Below, piece after piece: positions 17,975 to 28,616 of a DNA stretch of 64,000 bases. The DNA lies in NCBI GenBank assembly GCA_963835905.1, contig CAWIHG010000001.1:163049-227048 (forward strand). The letters are read 5' to 3'. Every line of letters begins with the position of its first letter. The first letter of the stretch is position 1. Made by a program: the position numbers and the translations under genes. The notes beneath the pieces are model-generated. The model searched no databases, was not told the origin of the DNA, and saw only the letters and a program-made list of their open reading frames with translations. Source of the DNA: an uncultured delta proteobacterium. Its GTDB lineage: Bacteria > Desulfobacterota > Binatia > Binatales > Binataceae.

Positions 17975-20628
17975 GGGGCCCCGTTTTCGCGCGCCAGCAG
18001 CGCAACCGGGAATCGCGCGAGCAGCGTGCGCATCGCCATGGCCCCGCCCTGCAGCACGTCGCCGGTCATCTGGTTGGTCCACCCGCCTGCGGGCAGCTCG
18101 ATGGTGGTGTCGTCCCAGTCCGCGCCTAGGCCCATCACCAATCTGGGAATGATCGCGATCGCCTCGCCGCCGCGCACAAACGCGACCACATGATCGGCGC
18201 GCGCACCGCGGGCGCGGATCGGCTCGAACGACGCGCCGACGCCGAACAGGTCGGGACGCCGCCTGCGCAGCGCGAGCGCCTGTCGTATCGTCCACATCTT
18301 GGGCAGCCCGTCGTCGATTCGCGCCCATACCTGCTCGACGGTCATCCGGCTCATTTCGGTCAGCAGCCTGTGGCGCAGCGCGAAATCGACCGGACGACGG
18401 TTGTCGGGATCGACCAGGCTCAGGTCCCACAGCTCGGAGCCCTGGTAGAGATCGGGCACACCCGGCGCGCAGAGCTTGATCAGAGTCTGCGCGAGCGCGT
18501 TGATTCGGGCCGGCAAAATCAGCGGTGCCACGAACGACTCCAGGTCGGCCATGAATTGCTCGTCGGCCAGTGCATCGGCGACAAATCGCGCGAGCGCATC
18601 CTCGTACGCGGCGTTGGGACTGGTCCACGAGGTGTGGATCTTGGCCTCGCGAGCGGCCTTGACGATGAATGCGCTCAGGCGCTGCGTTTCGATCGGCCAT
18701 GCGCCAACGAGAGTCTGGTAGAGCAGATACTCGATATTGCGGTCGGGGTAGTCGCCGGTGCGATGCGCCTCGTTCATCCCGGACCATCGGCGCACCGCCG
18801 CGCTCCACGGTTGCGGAATCTCGGAGAGCAGGCTGATTCGCGCGCGCACGTCGCCGCTGCGCTTGGTGTCGTGGGTCGAAGTCGCCAGCATCGTTCGCGG
18901 CCATCGCCCCTGGGTCGCCGCGCCCCACGCAAAGAAATCCTCGGGCGAGACGCCGAAGCGGGTCGGATCGGATCCGACTTCGTTCAGGCAGACCAGGCGG
19001 TTGAAGCAGTAGAATGCGGTGTCCTCGACCGCCTTGGCCATCACCGGCCCGGTGACCTGCTGAAAGCGCATCACCAGTTCCGTCTCCGCGCGCCCGCGCA
19101 AGCGCAGAGTCAGAACGTCGGCCAGAAAGTCGAACAAGCTGGCGTCGAGGTCGGGGCGCCGGGCCGTGGCCGCCTCGATCGTCGTGGAGATCACTCGCGC
19201 ATCCTCAGGATCGACCTTGCCGTCGTTCGCATCGACGTAGGTCCGGTAGACCGGGAAGTGCGCGATCGTTTCGAGCAGGGTTTCGTGAAGCTCGTGGCGG
19301 GTGTGGTCGCGATGATGCCGATGCGCCTCGCAAACCTCCAGGAACTGCGCGGTGAGGCGGCCGAGATCGCTGCCCAGGACGTCGCGCATCACTAGCATTT
19401 TTTTTTCGTGCGCGAGCGCAGCGAAATCCGCACTCTCGCCGGTGAATTCAGCATAGAACTCGGTAAGCGGCGCTTCGCCCGCGGGATCGACCATCAATCC
19501 GCCGGCGAGATTCAGGAAGTCATAGCCGGTGGTTCCATCGATCGGCCACGACTGGCGCAGATGCTCTCCGGATTCCAGAATTTTTTCGACCGCCACGTAT
19601 GAGTGCGGCGCCGCCGCGCGCAATCGAGACAGATATTGCTCGGGCTCGCGCAGACCGTCGATATGATCGACGCGCACTCCGTCCAGCGTGCCGTCGCGCA
19701 GCCATTTGACGATCAACTGGTGCGTGTCGCGAAATACCAGCTCGTCCTCCATCCGCAGCCCGGCCAGCGAATTGATGTCGAAGAAGCGGCGGTATCCCAG
19801 CTCGCGCTGCGCGGTGCGCCAGAACGCGAGCCGGTAGTTCTGGCGTTCGAGCAGCGCGTGGAGCAGGTCGGAACTCGAATTGACCTGCACGATTTCCGCA
19901 TCGATCGCCGCGGCGGCCTCCGGGTTCTCCCCGATGAGCCGTCTTATGTGACGGCCCAGCACGGCCTTGTCGCGATGGCGCCGATCGACGCTGGTGCGAT
20001 CGGTCGCGGTCGGCAGCGGCATCCAGTCCAGCGCGTCCGCGATGAACGCCAGGTCGTCGGAGCTGCATCGCTCGGCCGCCGCCGCCAGCAGCGGCGCGAG
20101 CGAGCGCGGCGCGACGGGGTAGGCGTGATCGTGGTAATGCAATTCGAAGGCGCCGCCACTGCGCACCAACTGGACTTCGCGCGTGTCGAGCACGCGCCCG
20201 TACTGGTCGCCCAGCACCGGGATCAGCACCATGTTGCGCAGCCGTTCTTCCGGCGCCTGCCAATCCACGTCGAAGTACGAGGCGTAGACGCTCGACGGGC
20301 CGTTCTCGAGCACGTCCCACCACCACGGATTGTCGCGCCCGGTGATCGCCATGTGGTTCGGAACGATGTCGAGAATCTGGCCCATCCGATGAGCGGTAAG
20401 CGCGGCGCACAGGCGGCGGTGCGCCGCGGCGCCGCCCAGGTCTTCGCTGACGCGATGGTAATCGACCACGTCGTATCCGTGGGTGCTGTGCGGAGCGGCC
20501 TGCAGGTACGGCGAGCAGTAAAGATGGCTCACGCCAAGCTCGCTCAGGTAGGCGACCGCCGCCGCCGCGTCATCGAAGCTCAGCTCGGGTCCGAACTGCA
20601 CCCGATATGTTGACAGTATCGGAGTCAA
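17971..20628 (-). CDS. treY: malto-oligosyltrehalose synthase
   Basis: [40 protein letters not shown]-terminus typical of TreY. Start uncertain: TTG at 20628 proposed. The ORF-track Met at 20787 lies in a lower-GC intergenic-looking stretch. Confidence 0.8.
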   Translation of the reverse strand: MTPILSTYRVQFGPELSFDDAAAAVAYLSELGVSHLYCSPYLQAAPHSTHGYDVVDYHRVSEDLGGAAAHRRLCAALTAHRMGQILDIVPNHMAITGRDNPWWWDVLENGPSSVYASYFDVDWQAPEERLRNMVLIPVLGDQYGRVLDTREVQLVRSGGAFELHYHDHAYPVAPRSLAPLLAAAAERCSSDDLAFIADALDWMPLPTATDRTSVDRRHRDKAVLGRHIRRLIGENPEAAAAIDAEIVQVNSSSDLLHALLERQNYRLAFWRTAQRELGYRRFFDINSLAGLRMEDELVFRDTHQLIVKWLRDGTLDGVRVDHIDGLREPEQYLSRLRAAAPHSYVAVEKILESGEHLRQSWPIDGTTGYDFLNLAGGLMVDPAGEAPLTEFYAEFTGESADFAALAHEKKMLVMRDVLGSDLGRLTAQFLEVCEAHRHHRDHTRHELHETLLETIAHFPVYRTYVDANDGKVDPEDARVISTTIEAATARRPDLDASLFDFLADVLTLRLRGRAETELVMRFQQVTGPVMAKAVEDTAFYCFNRLVCLNEVGSDPTRFGVSPEDFFAWGAATQGRWPRTMLATSTHDTKRSGDVRARISLLSEIPQPWSAAVRRWSGMNEAHRTGDYPDRNIEYLLYQTLVGAWPIETQRLSAFIVKAAREAKIHTSWTSPNAAYEDALARFVADALADEQFMADLESFVAPLILPARINALAQTLIKLCAPGVPDLYQGSELWDLSLVDPDNRRPVDFALRHRLLTEMSRMTVEQVWARIDDGLPKMWTIRQALALRRRRPDLFGVGASFEPIRARGARADHVVAFVRGGEAIAIIPRLVMGLGADWDDTTIELPAGGWTNQMTGDVLQGGAMAMRTLLARFPVALLARENGAP

Positions 20629-20785
20629 ACTCGTGCGAATCCCCCAAACGTCCACCCTACTGCATTCCAAATGCGGGAGAGAACCTTTGAATCGGGCGGC
20701 GCGTTGCAGAGCGTGCTCGGATCGTAGCATCTTGGAGAGGGCAGGACGGGGGTGAGACCCGCGGTACACCTGCAGCGAATCAAAC

Positions 20786-22966
20786 ATGGCAAACGGAAAT
20801 ATCGCGGTCTGGAAGGGAAATCCCTACCCGCTGGGCGCCACCTGGGACGGCGAGGGGGTAAATTTCGCGCTGTTCTCTGAGCATGCCGACAAGGTCGAGG
20901 TCTGCCTGTTCGACACCCGGGGGCGGCGCGAAATAGCGCGCGCGCACGTCAAATGGCGGACTGACCAGGTATGGCACTGCTACATGCCCGAGGCGCGCCC
21001 GGGACTGCTATACGGCTACCGCGTGTACGGTCCGTACGATCCGAAAAAAGGGATGCGGTTTAATCCCAACAAGCTGGTTCTCGATCCTTACGCCAAGGAT
21101 ATCGCGGGAACCGTCAAGTGGAGCGACGCCCTGTTCGGTTATCGCGTGGGGAGCCCGCGCGAGGACTTGGTGATGGACCGGCGCGACAGCGCGCCCGGGA
21201 TGCCGAAGGCGCGGGTGATCGACGGCGCGTTCTCATGGGGCAACGATCGCGTGCCGCGCACGCCGTGGCGCGAAACCATCATCTACGAACTCCACGTCAA
21301 GGGCTTTACCATCAACCATCCGGATATCGCGCCCGAGATGCGCGGGACGTACGCCGCGCTCGCCTCCGCGCCCGCGATCGAACATCTCAAGCGCCTGGGC
21401 GTGACCGCGATCGAGCTGATGCCGGTGCATGCATTCGTTGACGATCGCGGGCTTATCCAGCGGGGGCTCAAGAACTACTGGGGCTACAACTCGATCGGAT
21501 ATTTCGCGCCGGACTCGCGCTACTCGCACTCCGGTTACGTGCACGAGTTCAAGACCCTTGTGAAGCGGATGCATACCGCCGGCATCGAGGTTATCCTCGA
21601 CGTGGTTTACAACCACACCGCCGAAGGGAATCACATGGGCCCGACGCTGAGCTTCCGCGGAATCGACAATACCGCGTACTACCGGCTTGGCGCCGGCGAC
21701 CCGCGCTACTACATGGACTTCACCGGATGCGGCAACACGCTCAACATGCTCCATCCCCGCGTGCTGCAGCTGATCATGGACAGCCTGCGTTACTGGGTGC
21801 TGGAGATGCACGTGGACGGCTTTCGCTTCGACCTTGCCTCGGCGCTGGCGCGCGAGCTGTACGAGGTCGATCGGCTGGGCGCGTTTTTCGACATCATCCA
21901 CCAGGACCCGGTGCTCTCCCAGGTCAAGCTGATCGCGGAGCCGTGGGATCTCGGCGAAGGCGGATACCAGGTGGGCAATTTTCCGGTCGGATGGGCGGAA
22001 TGGAACGGACGCTACCGCGATGCGATTCGCTCTTACTGGCGCGGCGAAGGCGGGCTGGTCGGCGAACTGGGCTACCGCCTGACCGGCTCCAGCGATCTTT
22101 ACGAGCAGAGCGGACGCCGCCCCTATGCGAGCATCAACTTCATGACCTGTCACGACGGATTCACGCTGCGCGACCTCGTCAGCTACAACCAGAAGCATAA
22201 CGAGGCCAACGGCGAGGAGAATCGCGACGGCACCGACGACAATCGCAGCTGGAACTGCGGCGCCGAAGGCTCCACCAACGACCCCGAAATCAGGACCCTG
22301 CGCATGCGCCAGATGCGCAACTTCCTGACCACCCTGTTCCTGTCGCAGGGGGTTCCGATGCTGATGGCGGGCGACGAGATCTGCCGCTCGCAGAGCGGCA
22401 ACAACAACGCCTATTGTCAGGACAACCCGCTCGGATGGATCGACTGGAACTCCACGCCCTACGATCACGCGATGGTGGATTTTGTCAGCGCGCTGGTCGC
22501 GATGCGCAAGCGGCACGGGTCCTTTCGCCGCGCCACCTTCTTCCACGGCCGCCCGATTCGCGGAACCTCGGTCAAGGACGTCGTATGGCTCACGCCGCGC
22601 GGGACCGAGATGACCGAGCGCGACTGGAACGACCCCAATTCGCACGCGCTCGGGATGTTCCTGTCGGGCGAGGCGATTGAAGACGACGACGAGCGGGGCC
22701 GTCCCATCGCCGACGATAATTTCCTGCTGCTGCTGAACAACAGCGACAAGACAGTGATCTTCAGGCCCGCGGGGTTGCTGCCGCGCCGAGCGTGGACGGT
22801 GCTGCTGGACACGGCACGCGTGCGCGCCGGAATCGAGGAGCAGCGCCGCCTGCGCGTCACCGATAACTTCCCGCTGCAGCCGCGCTCCGCGGCGCTGATG
22901 ACGCAGTTGCGCGAGGCCGCCCCGCCCGCTCCTTCCTCGCTCCGCACGGGGCGTCTGGAACGGTAA
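20786..22966 (+). CDS. glgX: glycogen debranching enzyme GlgX/TreX
   Basis: MANGNIAVWKGNPYPLGATWDGEGVNFALFSEHA plus GH13 motifs (VILDVVYNHT, DGFRFDLA, EPWD). Confidence 0.9.
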   Translation: MANGNIAVWKGNPYPLGATWDGEGVNFALFSEHADKVEVCLFDTRGRREIARAHVKWRTDQVWHCYMPEARPGLLYGYRVYGPYDPKKGMRFNPNKLVLDPYAKDIAGTVKWSDALFGYRVGSPREDLVMDRRDSAPGMPKARVIDGAFSWGNDRVPRTPWRETIIYELHVKGFTINHPDIAPEMRGTYAALASAPAIEHLKRLGVTAIELMPVHAFVDDRGLIQRGLKNYWGYNSIGYFAPDSRYSHSGYVHEFKTLVKRMHTAGIEVILDVVYNHTAEGNHMGPTLSFRGIDNTAYYRLGAGDPRYYMDFTGCGNTLNMLHPRVLQLIMDSLRYWVLEMHVDGFRFDLASALARELYEVDRLGAFFDIIHQDPVLSQVKLIAEPWDLGEGGYQVGNFPVGWAEWNGRYRDAIRSYWRGEGGLVGELGYRLTGSSDLYEQSGRRPYASINFMTCHDGFTLRDLVSYNQKHNEANGEENRDGTDDNRSWNCGAEGSTNDPEIRTLRMRQMRNFLTTLFLSQGVPMLMAGDEICRSQSGNNNAYCQDNPLGWIDWNSTPYDHAMVDFVSALVAMRKRHGSFRRATFFHGRPIRGTSVKDVVWLTPRGTEMTERDWNDPNSHALGMFLSGEAIEDDDERGRPIADDNFLLLLNNSDKTVIFRPAGLLPRRAWTVLLDTARVRAGIEEQRRLRVTDNFPLQPRSAALMTQLREAAPPAPSSLRTGRLER

Positions 22967-23012
22967 CCGGAATCCGGATCGACGCGATAACCGTCGGCGA
23001 AATCACGCGTTG

Positions 23013-24833
23013 CTAATAGATTCCATGCGCTGCGGCGAGCGCGACTGTTTGCCCGATTGCCGGCGGGCGCCACGACGCGTACTCGCCGTCCTTCCAACAC
23101 ATCCAGCGCAGCGACGGATCCTCGAGCGGAACCGAGAATTGGTACAGCACCTGTTCCGGGTCACCTTGCGAATCGAGAGACTGGACTACGACCGAGAGAC
23201 CCGGCAGCTCCACGCGCTGGCCGACGAAAAAGCGTTCGTTTCTGCCGCGCAGGAAACGGCTGAATGGGGTGGGGAAAAACCCCTCCGGAAAGCTCACCCG
23301 AAGCGAACGCGGACCGGCGCGCGTGATTTCCAGCGCACTGCTCGACGAAAGCGCGCGCAGGTGCCGCGGCATCGGCAGTTTATCCAGCCGTCTGAAGGCC
23401 CAAATCGCGGTGACGAGGGAAATGTGTTCGGGAGGATTCACCAGCACCAGGTCCTGCTTGGCGATACGAGGGTCGCTCGGAACGCTCGCTATCGCGCGCA
23501 GCATCCTGGAGCTGACGTTTGCCTGGTAAGCGATCCGAGCGATCCCGAGGAACGGAGCGGCGAGCAGATGTAGCGGCAGCAGAATGATCACGGCGGCCTG
23601 CCATAATCGTTTCCAAGCCATTGACGGCCGCCATCCCGCGGCCTGCGCGAAGGCCGCCTGCGACAACTGCGCGAGAAGCGCCATCGAGCCCAAGCCGACG
23701 AAACCCAACAGGCGATTCTCCGGGCCAACGGCGGCAATCGGTATCAACGAAAGCAGCGCACCAAGACCCCAAAACCGCGCCACCCTATCGCGCAGGATCA
23801 ACGGGATAAAGAGAACCGCCACGATCGCGGCGATCGCGAAGCTGAAGACGCTCAGATGCAAGGCCGCCGATGTGCCGGGCGCGTAGGCCATACTCATCTC
23901 CGCAGGGATCGGCGTCCACTGTCCCATCAGCAGGAATGCGGCCCGCTGGCAAAATGAAGCGGCGAAGCCAAGCGGATTATGAAGCGGGTCCAGGTAAAAG
24001 CCCGAGCCCTGCGAACCGAAATTGCCAAGCTTGTAGATCAATGCCCACGCGCCCAGCACTGCGCCATGAGGAAGGAGCCGCATGAGCCTCGCTCGAATCG
24101 CGTCACGGTCGACGGTCAGCGGGTAGGAAAGCAGGTAGGCCGCGGTAGCCAGGCCCATCTCGCCGGCGGATAGCGACAGCGCCAGCATCAATACGCTCAG
24201 CCACAGATTTCGCCGACGCCCGCGCGTTCGCCAGCGAACGAACGCGAGCACGCTCAGGAATCCAAAGCAGCAGGCAATCAGGGCGTTGCGGTTGGCCAGA
24301 TATGCCGCGGGCACAGCGTGCGCGCCGTCCAGCGCGTACATCAGAGCCGCCAGCCCGGCTACCCAGGTGGCCCCCAGCACCTCACGATAAAGAAGCGCGG
24401 CCACCAGAACCGCCGCTGCGAGCCAGAGCAAACTGTGCAGATGCATCAGGGCGGGATGGTTCGGCCAGAGGCGATAATCGAGCATCATGCTAAGCGCGCT
24501 CGCATAGCGGAAAAACGCTTGATGCAGGTCCGGCGAACCCCACCACGGCATCGTCCCGAAGGCCATCTGATTCAGGTTATGCTGGCGATCGATGTATTGG
24601 ACGAAGACCTGAATCGGTTTGGAATCGCCGTAACCGAGCATCGTGACGCGCTGAAAATAATCGTCAAACTGGAAGCCGCCGCTTAGGGCCGGCATCATCG
24701 CGATTGCCGCCAGGATGGCGACCGCCAGCGGCAGCCGGCGGTCCGCGAGCACCGTTCTGATGCGGGCCGCCGCGCGCCGCGCGAATGAGGCTGGACGCTC
24801 TTTTTCCTGCCACGCCTGATCCACGTTCGACAT
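23013..24833 (-). CDS. polytopic membrane protein, GT-C-like (PMT/ArnT-like topology) with C-terminal soluble domain
   Basis: More than 10 hydrophobic helices. FQFDDYF acidic motif in the first predicted loop. About 150-aa non-membrane C-terminus. No SD upstream. Confidence 0.55.
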   Translation of the reverse strand: MSNVDQAWQEKERPASFARRAAARIRTVLADRRLPLAVAILAAIAMMPALSGGFQFDDYFQRVTMLGYGDSKPIQVFVQYIDRQHNLNQMAFGTMPWWGSPDLHQAFFRYASALSMMLDYRLWPNHPALMHLHSLLWLAAAVLVAALLYREVLGATWVAGLAALMYALDGAHAVPAAYLANRNALIACCFGFLSVLAFVRWRTRGRRRNLWLSVLMLALSLSAGEMGLATAAYLLSYPLTVDRDAIRARLMRLLPHGAVLGAWALIYKLGNFGSQGSGFYLDPLHNPLGFAASFCQRAAFLLMGQWTPIPAEMSMAYAPGTSAALHLSVFSFAIAAIVAVLFIPLILRDRVARFWGLGALLSLIPIAAVGPENRLLGFVGLGSMALLAQLSQAAFAQAAGWRPSMAWKRLWQAAVIILLPLHLLAAPFLGIARIAYQANVSSRMLRAIASVPSDPRIAKQDLVLVNPPEHISLVTAIWAFRRLDKLPMPRHLRALSSSSALEITRAGPRSLRVSFPEGFFPTPFSRFLRGRNERFFVGQRVELPGLSVVVQSLDSQGDPEQVLYQFSVPLEDPSLRWMCWKDGEYASWRPPAIGQTVALAAAHGIY

Positions 24834-24837
24834 TTGC

Positions 24838-24851
24838 TTTAGTCTACTAAA
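24838..24851. promoter_or_regulatory. candidate TetR operator (inverted repeat TTTAGT-ct-ACTAAA)
   Basis: 6-bp perfect arms with a 2-nt spacer in the AT-rich 109-bp divergent intergenic region. Lies 5 nt from the membrane-protein start codon. Confidence 0.3.
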
Positions 24852-24942
24852 TGATTATAGTTAACCAAGTCAATGCCGGAGATTTGCTGCGCCGTTCCAG
24901 GGGTGTTTCCTTCACCCGCTGCGGCGCGTAATTGATCGGGCG

Positions 24943-25635
24943 ATGGGCTTGCGCGAGGAGAAGAAAGCCGAGCAGCGCCGCGCGATTCTGAATACGGCGG
25001 CCGCGCTGTTTCGAAAACGAGGCTACGAAGAGACTCGCGTCCGCGACATAGTCGAGCGGCTGCGCATCAGCGAGGTTACTTTCTTCAATTACTTTCCCAC
25101 CAAGGATGCTTTGATAACGGCGTTCGCGGTGGAGATGCTCGACTTCTCAATCGCGTCTGTGAAACGCGAGCTCGAACGCCACGATTGCAGTGTACCCGAC
25201 CGGATTCGCAGCCTGATGCGCCAGTGGGCGTCGTCGTGGGACTCAGATCCTGAGTTTCATGCTCTGGTTGCAAAGCAATCGAGGTTGTTGGCCGATGTGA
25301 AGGGCGTTCTTCGCGACAGATCTCTTCAGCTCTATGAGCAATACGAACGACTCTTCGCCGAAGGCCAAAAGCGCGGCGAAATTCGCGCCGATCAGGAGCC
25401 GTTGCATCTCGCGGAAATGATGGAAGGGATGCTCATACTTATTGCCGGCAACTGGGTCAGCGGATGGTGGAAAAACAGGTCCGATCCTCTTGAAGAGCGT
25501 TTCATGAATGCCCTGACTGTCTTTCTGGACGGATGCGCGCCGCTCCAAAATTCCACCGCCGCGCGCGCGGCGCGCTCAGGCCACCCGGTCGGCCGCAGAC
25601 CCAAGCCGCCACGACGGCGGGCCCGCACGAACTGA
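24943..25635 (+). CDS. TetR/AcrR family transcriptional regulator
   Basis: N-terminal HTH: RRAILNTAAALFRKRGYEETRVRDIVERLRISEVTFFNYFPTKDALI. Confidence 0.85.
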   Translation: MGLREEKKAEQRRAILNTAAALFRKRGYEETRVRDIVERLRISEVTFFNYFPTKDALITAFAVEMLDFSIASVKRELERHDCSVPDRIRSLMRQWASSWDSDPEFHALVAKQSRLLADVKGVLRDRSLQLYEQYERLFAEGQKRGEIRADQEPLHLAEMMEGMLILIAGNWVSGWWKNRSDPLEERFMNALTVFLDGCAPLQNSTAARAARSGHPVGRRPKPPRRRARTN

Positions 25636-25652
25636 GCCCGCGCGCCCAGCCG

Positions 25653-26369
25653 CTAAACCAGGGTGCGCCCGCCGTCCACCGTGAGCGTGATCCCGGTCGT
25701 AAAGCCGTTATTCATCAGGAAAACGACCGCGTCGGCGATATCCTCGGGGCGCCCGACCCGCCGGACCGGCAGCCCCTCGCCCTCGCGCTTCAAAATCGCC
25801 GGGGCTCGCTCGCCCATCACTGCGCTGATGAGCGGAGTGTCGATTAGCCCGGGCGCGATCGTGTTGACCCGAATCGGCGCAAGCTCGACCGCCAGCGCCC
25901 GTGCGAAGGCCTCGATCGCACCGCACGACGCGGAGCCGACGCTGCCGCCGGGAAGCGGGCGCCACGCCGCCGTGCCGGAAGTGAACGTGATCGAGCCGTC
26001 GGGCGGCATCTTGGGCAGGCACTCGCGGACCGCATAGAGCGATCCCCAGAATCGGGTGTCGAGCGAAGGCCGCAGCTCGCCGGTCGGAGAGGTCAGCTTG
26101 AGCCCGAAGGAAACCGTCGCGGCGCTGACGAACAGATGGTCCACGCGCGCGAGCGACGCGAACAGGTCGCGCGTGCCGGCTTCGTCGTTCGCATCGAGCG
26201 CGGCCGTGCGCACCGCGCCGCCCAACTCGGCGGATGCGGCCCGCAGGCGCGAGGGGGAGCGTCCCGTGATGACTACATGCGCTCCTGTGGCTATCGTAGC
26301 GCGCGCGGTGGCAAGTCCGATTCCTGAGCTGCCACCGATAATTACGACTGTTTTACCTTGCAAAGACAT
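25653..26369 (-). CDS. SDR family oxidoreductase
   Basis: GKTVVIIGGSSGIGLATA Rossmann motif. GGAGGAAC RBS. Confidence 0.85.
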   Translation of the reverse strand: MSLQGKTVVIIGGSSGIGLATARATIATGAHVVITGRSPSRLRAASAELGGAVRTAALDANDEAGTRDLFASLARVDHLFVSAATVSFGLKLTSPTGELRPSLDTRFWGSLYAVRECLPKMPPDGSITFTSGTAAWRPLPGGSVGSASCGAIEAFARALAVELAPIRVNTIAPGLIDTPLISAVMGERAPAILKREGEGLPVRRVGRPEDIADAVVFLMNNGFTTGITLTVDGGRTLV

Positions 26370-26513
26370 AGTTCCTCCGCAGTCCGGCTATCATTCGCCG
26401 CCGTTAGGGTATAGGATCAGTTATCCTTCCTTCGGGCAAATACTCTCCTGACTCGCCCTCGGTCGAGAACGGGGCTGTCCGAATCGCCTGAGATCGATAG
26501 GGAGCGTCATTAG

Positions 26514-26810
26514 ATGGCCAAGGTGTACGTAGGCAATCTCGCGAGTTCCGTAACCAGCCAGGATCTCGCCGCGCTGTTCGCTCGCGCGGGAGAAGTTCGT
26601 GCTGCGCTGGCGATCAGCGACAAAAAATCGGGCTTGTGCAGAGGCTTCGGGTTCGTCGAGATGGCGCATACGGACGACGCGGTGGTCGCGGCCAGCCTGC
26701 TCAACAACGCCGAGCTAAATGGCCGTCAAATCAAGATCGACGGAACGCCGACGCGCAAAGGTGCGGCACGCGAGAAGCACAGCAGCAAATCTCGAGCAGA
26801 TCGCAACTGA
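26514..26810 (+). CDS. RRM-type RNA-binding protein
   Basis: RNP-2 VYVGNL and RNP-1 RGFGFVEM motifs. 98 aa. Confidence 0.85.
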   Translation: MAKVYVGNLASSVTSQDLAALFARAGEVRAALAISDKKSGLCRGFGFVEMAHTDDAVVAASLLNNAELNGRQIKIDGTPTRKGAAREKHSSKSRADRN

Positions 26811-26890
26811 TTCCCCCCTCCTCGTCATAGCTCGTCCGCCCAACTGTAACCGGCTGCGGAGTACCCGAAACGAAAAAGGATATCGCCAAT

Positions 26891-27733
26891 ATGTCTATAT
26901 CTCCGCGGATGCGGGAAAGACTCTATCGAAATTATTCGGAATTCTTTCAAACCGCCGAGCGCAAGCGCCGATGGAGTGTCTTTGATGACATTCCGTGGGA
27001 CCGCTTGGACCCAGTCCACAACTCCGAACTTAGCGCCGTCGGCATCGAGACCTACTGCGCCGAAGAGATGTACCTGCCCGACTACACCGTCAACGGGATC
27101 GCGCTTACGCGGGCGATGTTCGGGACGGCGTGGTTTCAAGCGTGCTGGAGCTACGAGGAATCCAAACATGCGCTGGTGTTCCGCGAGTACCTGACCCGCT
27201 CGGGCATGCGCACTGAAGCCGGAGTTGCGGCGCTGGAAGATGATGTCTTTTCGCGCGCCTGGCAGCTTCCGTTCAAAACGCGGCGCGAGATGGCCTGCTA
27301 CGGAGCGCTGCAAGAGTCCGCGACTTATCTTGCCTACCGCGCGCAGAGGGAAAAGGCACGAGCGGCGGGAAACGTGGTGCTGGAGGCGATATTCGCCAAC
27401 GTGAGCCGCGACGAAGCCGCGCACGCCGGATTCTATCGCGGAGTCATCCAGGCCGATTTGGCCGAGGATCGCGAGGGCACCATCTACGACCTCGCCGGAG
27501 TAATCGCCGCCTTCAAGATGCCTGGCGATGGCCTCATTCCCAACTACCAGGAGCGCCTCAAGAGCTCCGGCGCGGGCATCAGCACGCGCACCTTCGTGCA
27601 GCGCGGCCTGCTGCCAACCCTAAAGATTCTTGGCACCTCCCGTGCGGAACTGAAGACCGCGATGGCAAAGCACGCGGAGGAAGCTATTCGGCTGGTCGCG
27701 AATCCGCCGGCCGCGGCAGCCGCGGCCGGCTAG
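26891..27733 (+). CDS. soluble di-iron acyl-ACP desaturase-like protein (ferritin-like)
   Basis: Two ExxH di-iron motifs (EESKH, DEAAH) in a DesA1/DesA2-like context. Confidence 0.75.
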   Translation: MSISPRMRERLYRNYSEFFQTAERKRRWSVFDDIPWDRLDPVHNSELSAVGIETYCAEEMYLPDYTVNGIALTRAMFGTAWFQACWSYEESKHALVFREYLTRSGMRTEAGVAALEDDVFSRAWQLPFKTRREMACYGALQESATYLAYRAQREKARAAGNVVLEAIFANVSRDEAAHAGFYRGVIQADLAEDREGTIYDLAGVIAAFKMPGDGLIPNYQERLKSSGAGISTRTFVQRGLLPTLKILGTSRAELKTAMAKHAEEAIRLVANPPAAAAAAG

Positions 27734-27740
27734 TCTCAGG

Positions 27741-28616
27741 TCAGGCGGCGTTGCGCGTTTCGGCGTTCAGATGGCGCACGTTGCGCGCCGCGCCGATCTT
27801 CTCCAGCAGGCAGATCGTAAGGTAGCCCATGTCGGGCTGCTTCCAGGTCCATCCCAGCCTCGCCAGCCCGGGTCGCGAATGATGGTTGCGATGCCAGTTC
27901 TCGCCCTGGAGCAGATGCACCAGCGACAGCCATCCCACATTGCGGCTTGAGTCCTGACCCGGCGTGATGCCCGGTTGTGTGTGGCAGATGCTGTTGACGA
28001 AGCATTGCGCGTGCAGCGCGAAGACCAGCCGGATCGATCCGATCCAGAAAAACGCTGCCGCGCCGAACGGAAGTCCGCAGAAATAGGAAAGCGCCAGCAC
28101 CGGCCCCATCACCGGCTGCCAGAAGTTGTACATCGGGCGGTCCAGGTCGGGGGCGAAGCGCTTGAGCGGCGGGCGCTCGGTCTGCCACAGCCATCGCAGG
28201 TGCGCCCACCAGAACCCGTGATACACGGGACTCGAGATATCGTCTTCGGTGTCCGCGTACGCGTGATGCAGCCGATGGGCGGCCGCCCACGTGACCGGCG
28301 AGCCCGATCCGTTGAAAACCGCAAAGAAGGTCAGGACCGCCGACGCCCACGGGCTCAGGGTCACCGATTTGTGCGCGATCGCGCGATGGTAGCAGACCGT
28401 GGTGCCAAGACCGCCCACGAACAGCAGCGCGAATGAGGCCAGCGCCACCGGCCATCCGGGCAGCGGAAACAGGATCAGTCCGGCCAACGCGGTCAGGTGA
28501 ATCAGGATGAACCAGGGCAGAACCATCACGTGGCGCGGGGTAGCCCACCACCATGAACGATCCCAGGGACGTTGACTCGCCAAATCGAGCTTCGGCAGGG
28601 CCGTTAGCGTTGTCAT
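27741..28616 (-). CDS. membrane acyl-CoA (delta-9 type) fatty acid desaturase
   Basis: Three His boxes HRAIAHK, HRLHHAYADTEDD, HRNHH. Start re-picked at MTTLTALPK. Confidence 0.85.
   Translation of the reverse strand: MTTLTALPKLDLASQRPWDRSWWWATPRHVMVLPWFILIHLTALAGLILFPLPGWPVALASFALLFVGGLGTTVCYHRAIAHKSVTLSPWASAVLTFFAVFNGSGSPVTWAAAHRLHHAYADTEDDISSPVYHGFWWAHLRWLWQTERPPLKRFAPDLDRPMYNFWQPVMGPVLALSYFCGLPFGAAAFFWIGSIRLVFALHAQCFVNSICHTQPGITPGQDSSRNVGWLSLVHLLQGENWHRNHHSRPGLARLGWTWKQPDMGYLTICLLEKIGAARNVRHLNAETRNAA

Noticed and set aside
17975-18928. N-terminal 318-aa extension of the treZ ORF (track ORF 16214-18928).
   Set aside because: The extension overlaps the 3' end of treY in another frame and is low-complexity Arg/Ala-rich. 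The canonical TreZ N-terminus [10 protein letters not shown] begins at 17974 with ATGA coupling to treY.
20629-20787. Track start of treY at 20787 (extra 53 aa).
   Set aside because: The extra residues have no counterpart in TreY N-termini and would overlap the glgX start. The region is lower in GC and looks intergenic. The exact start remains uncertain.
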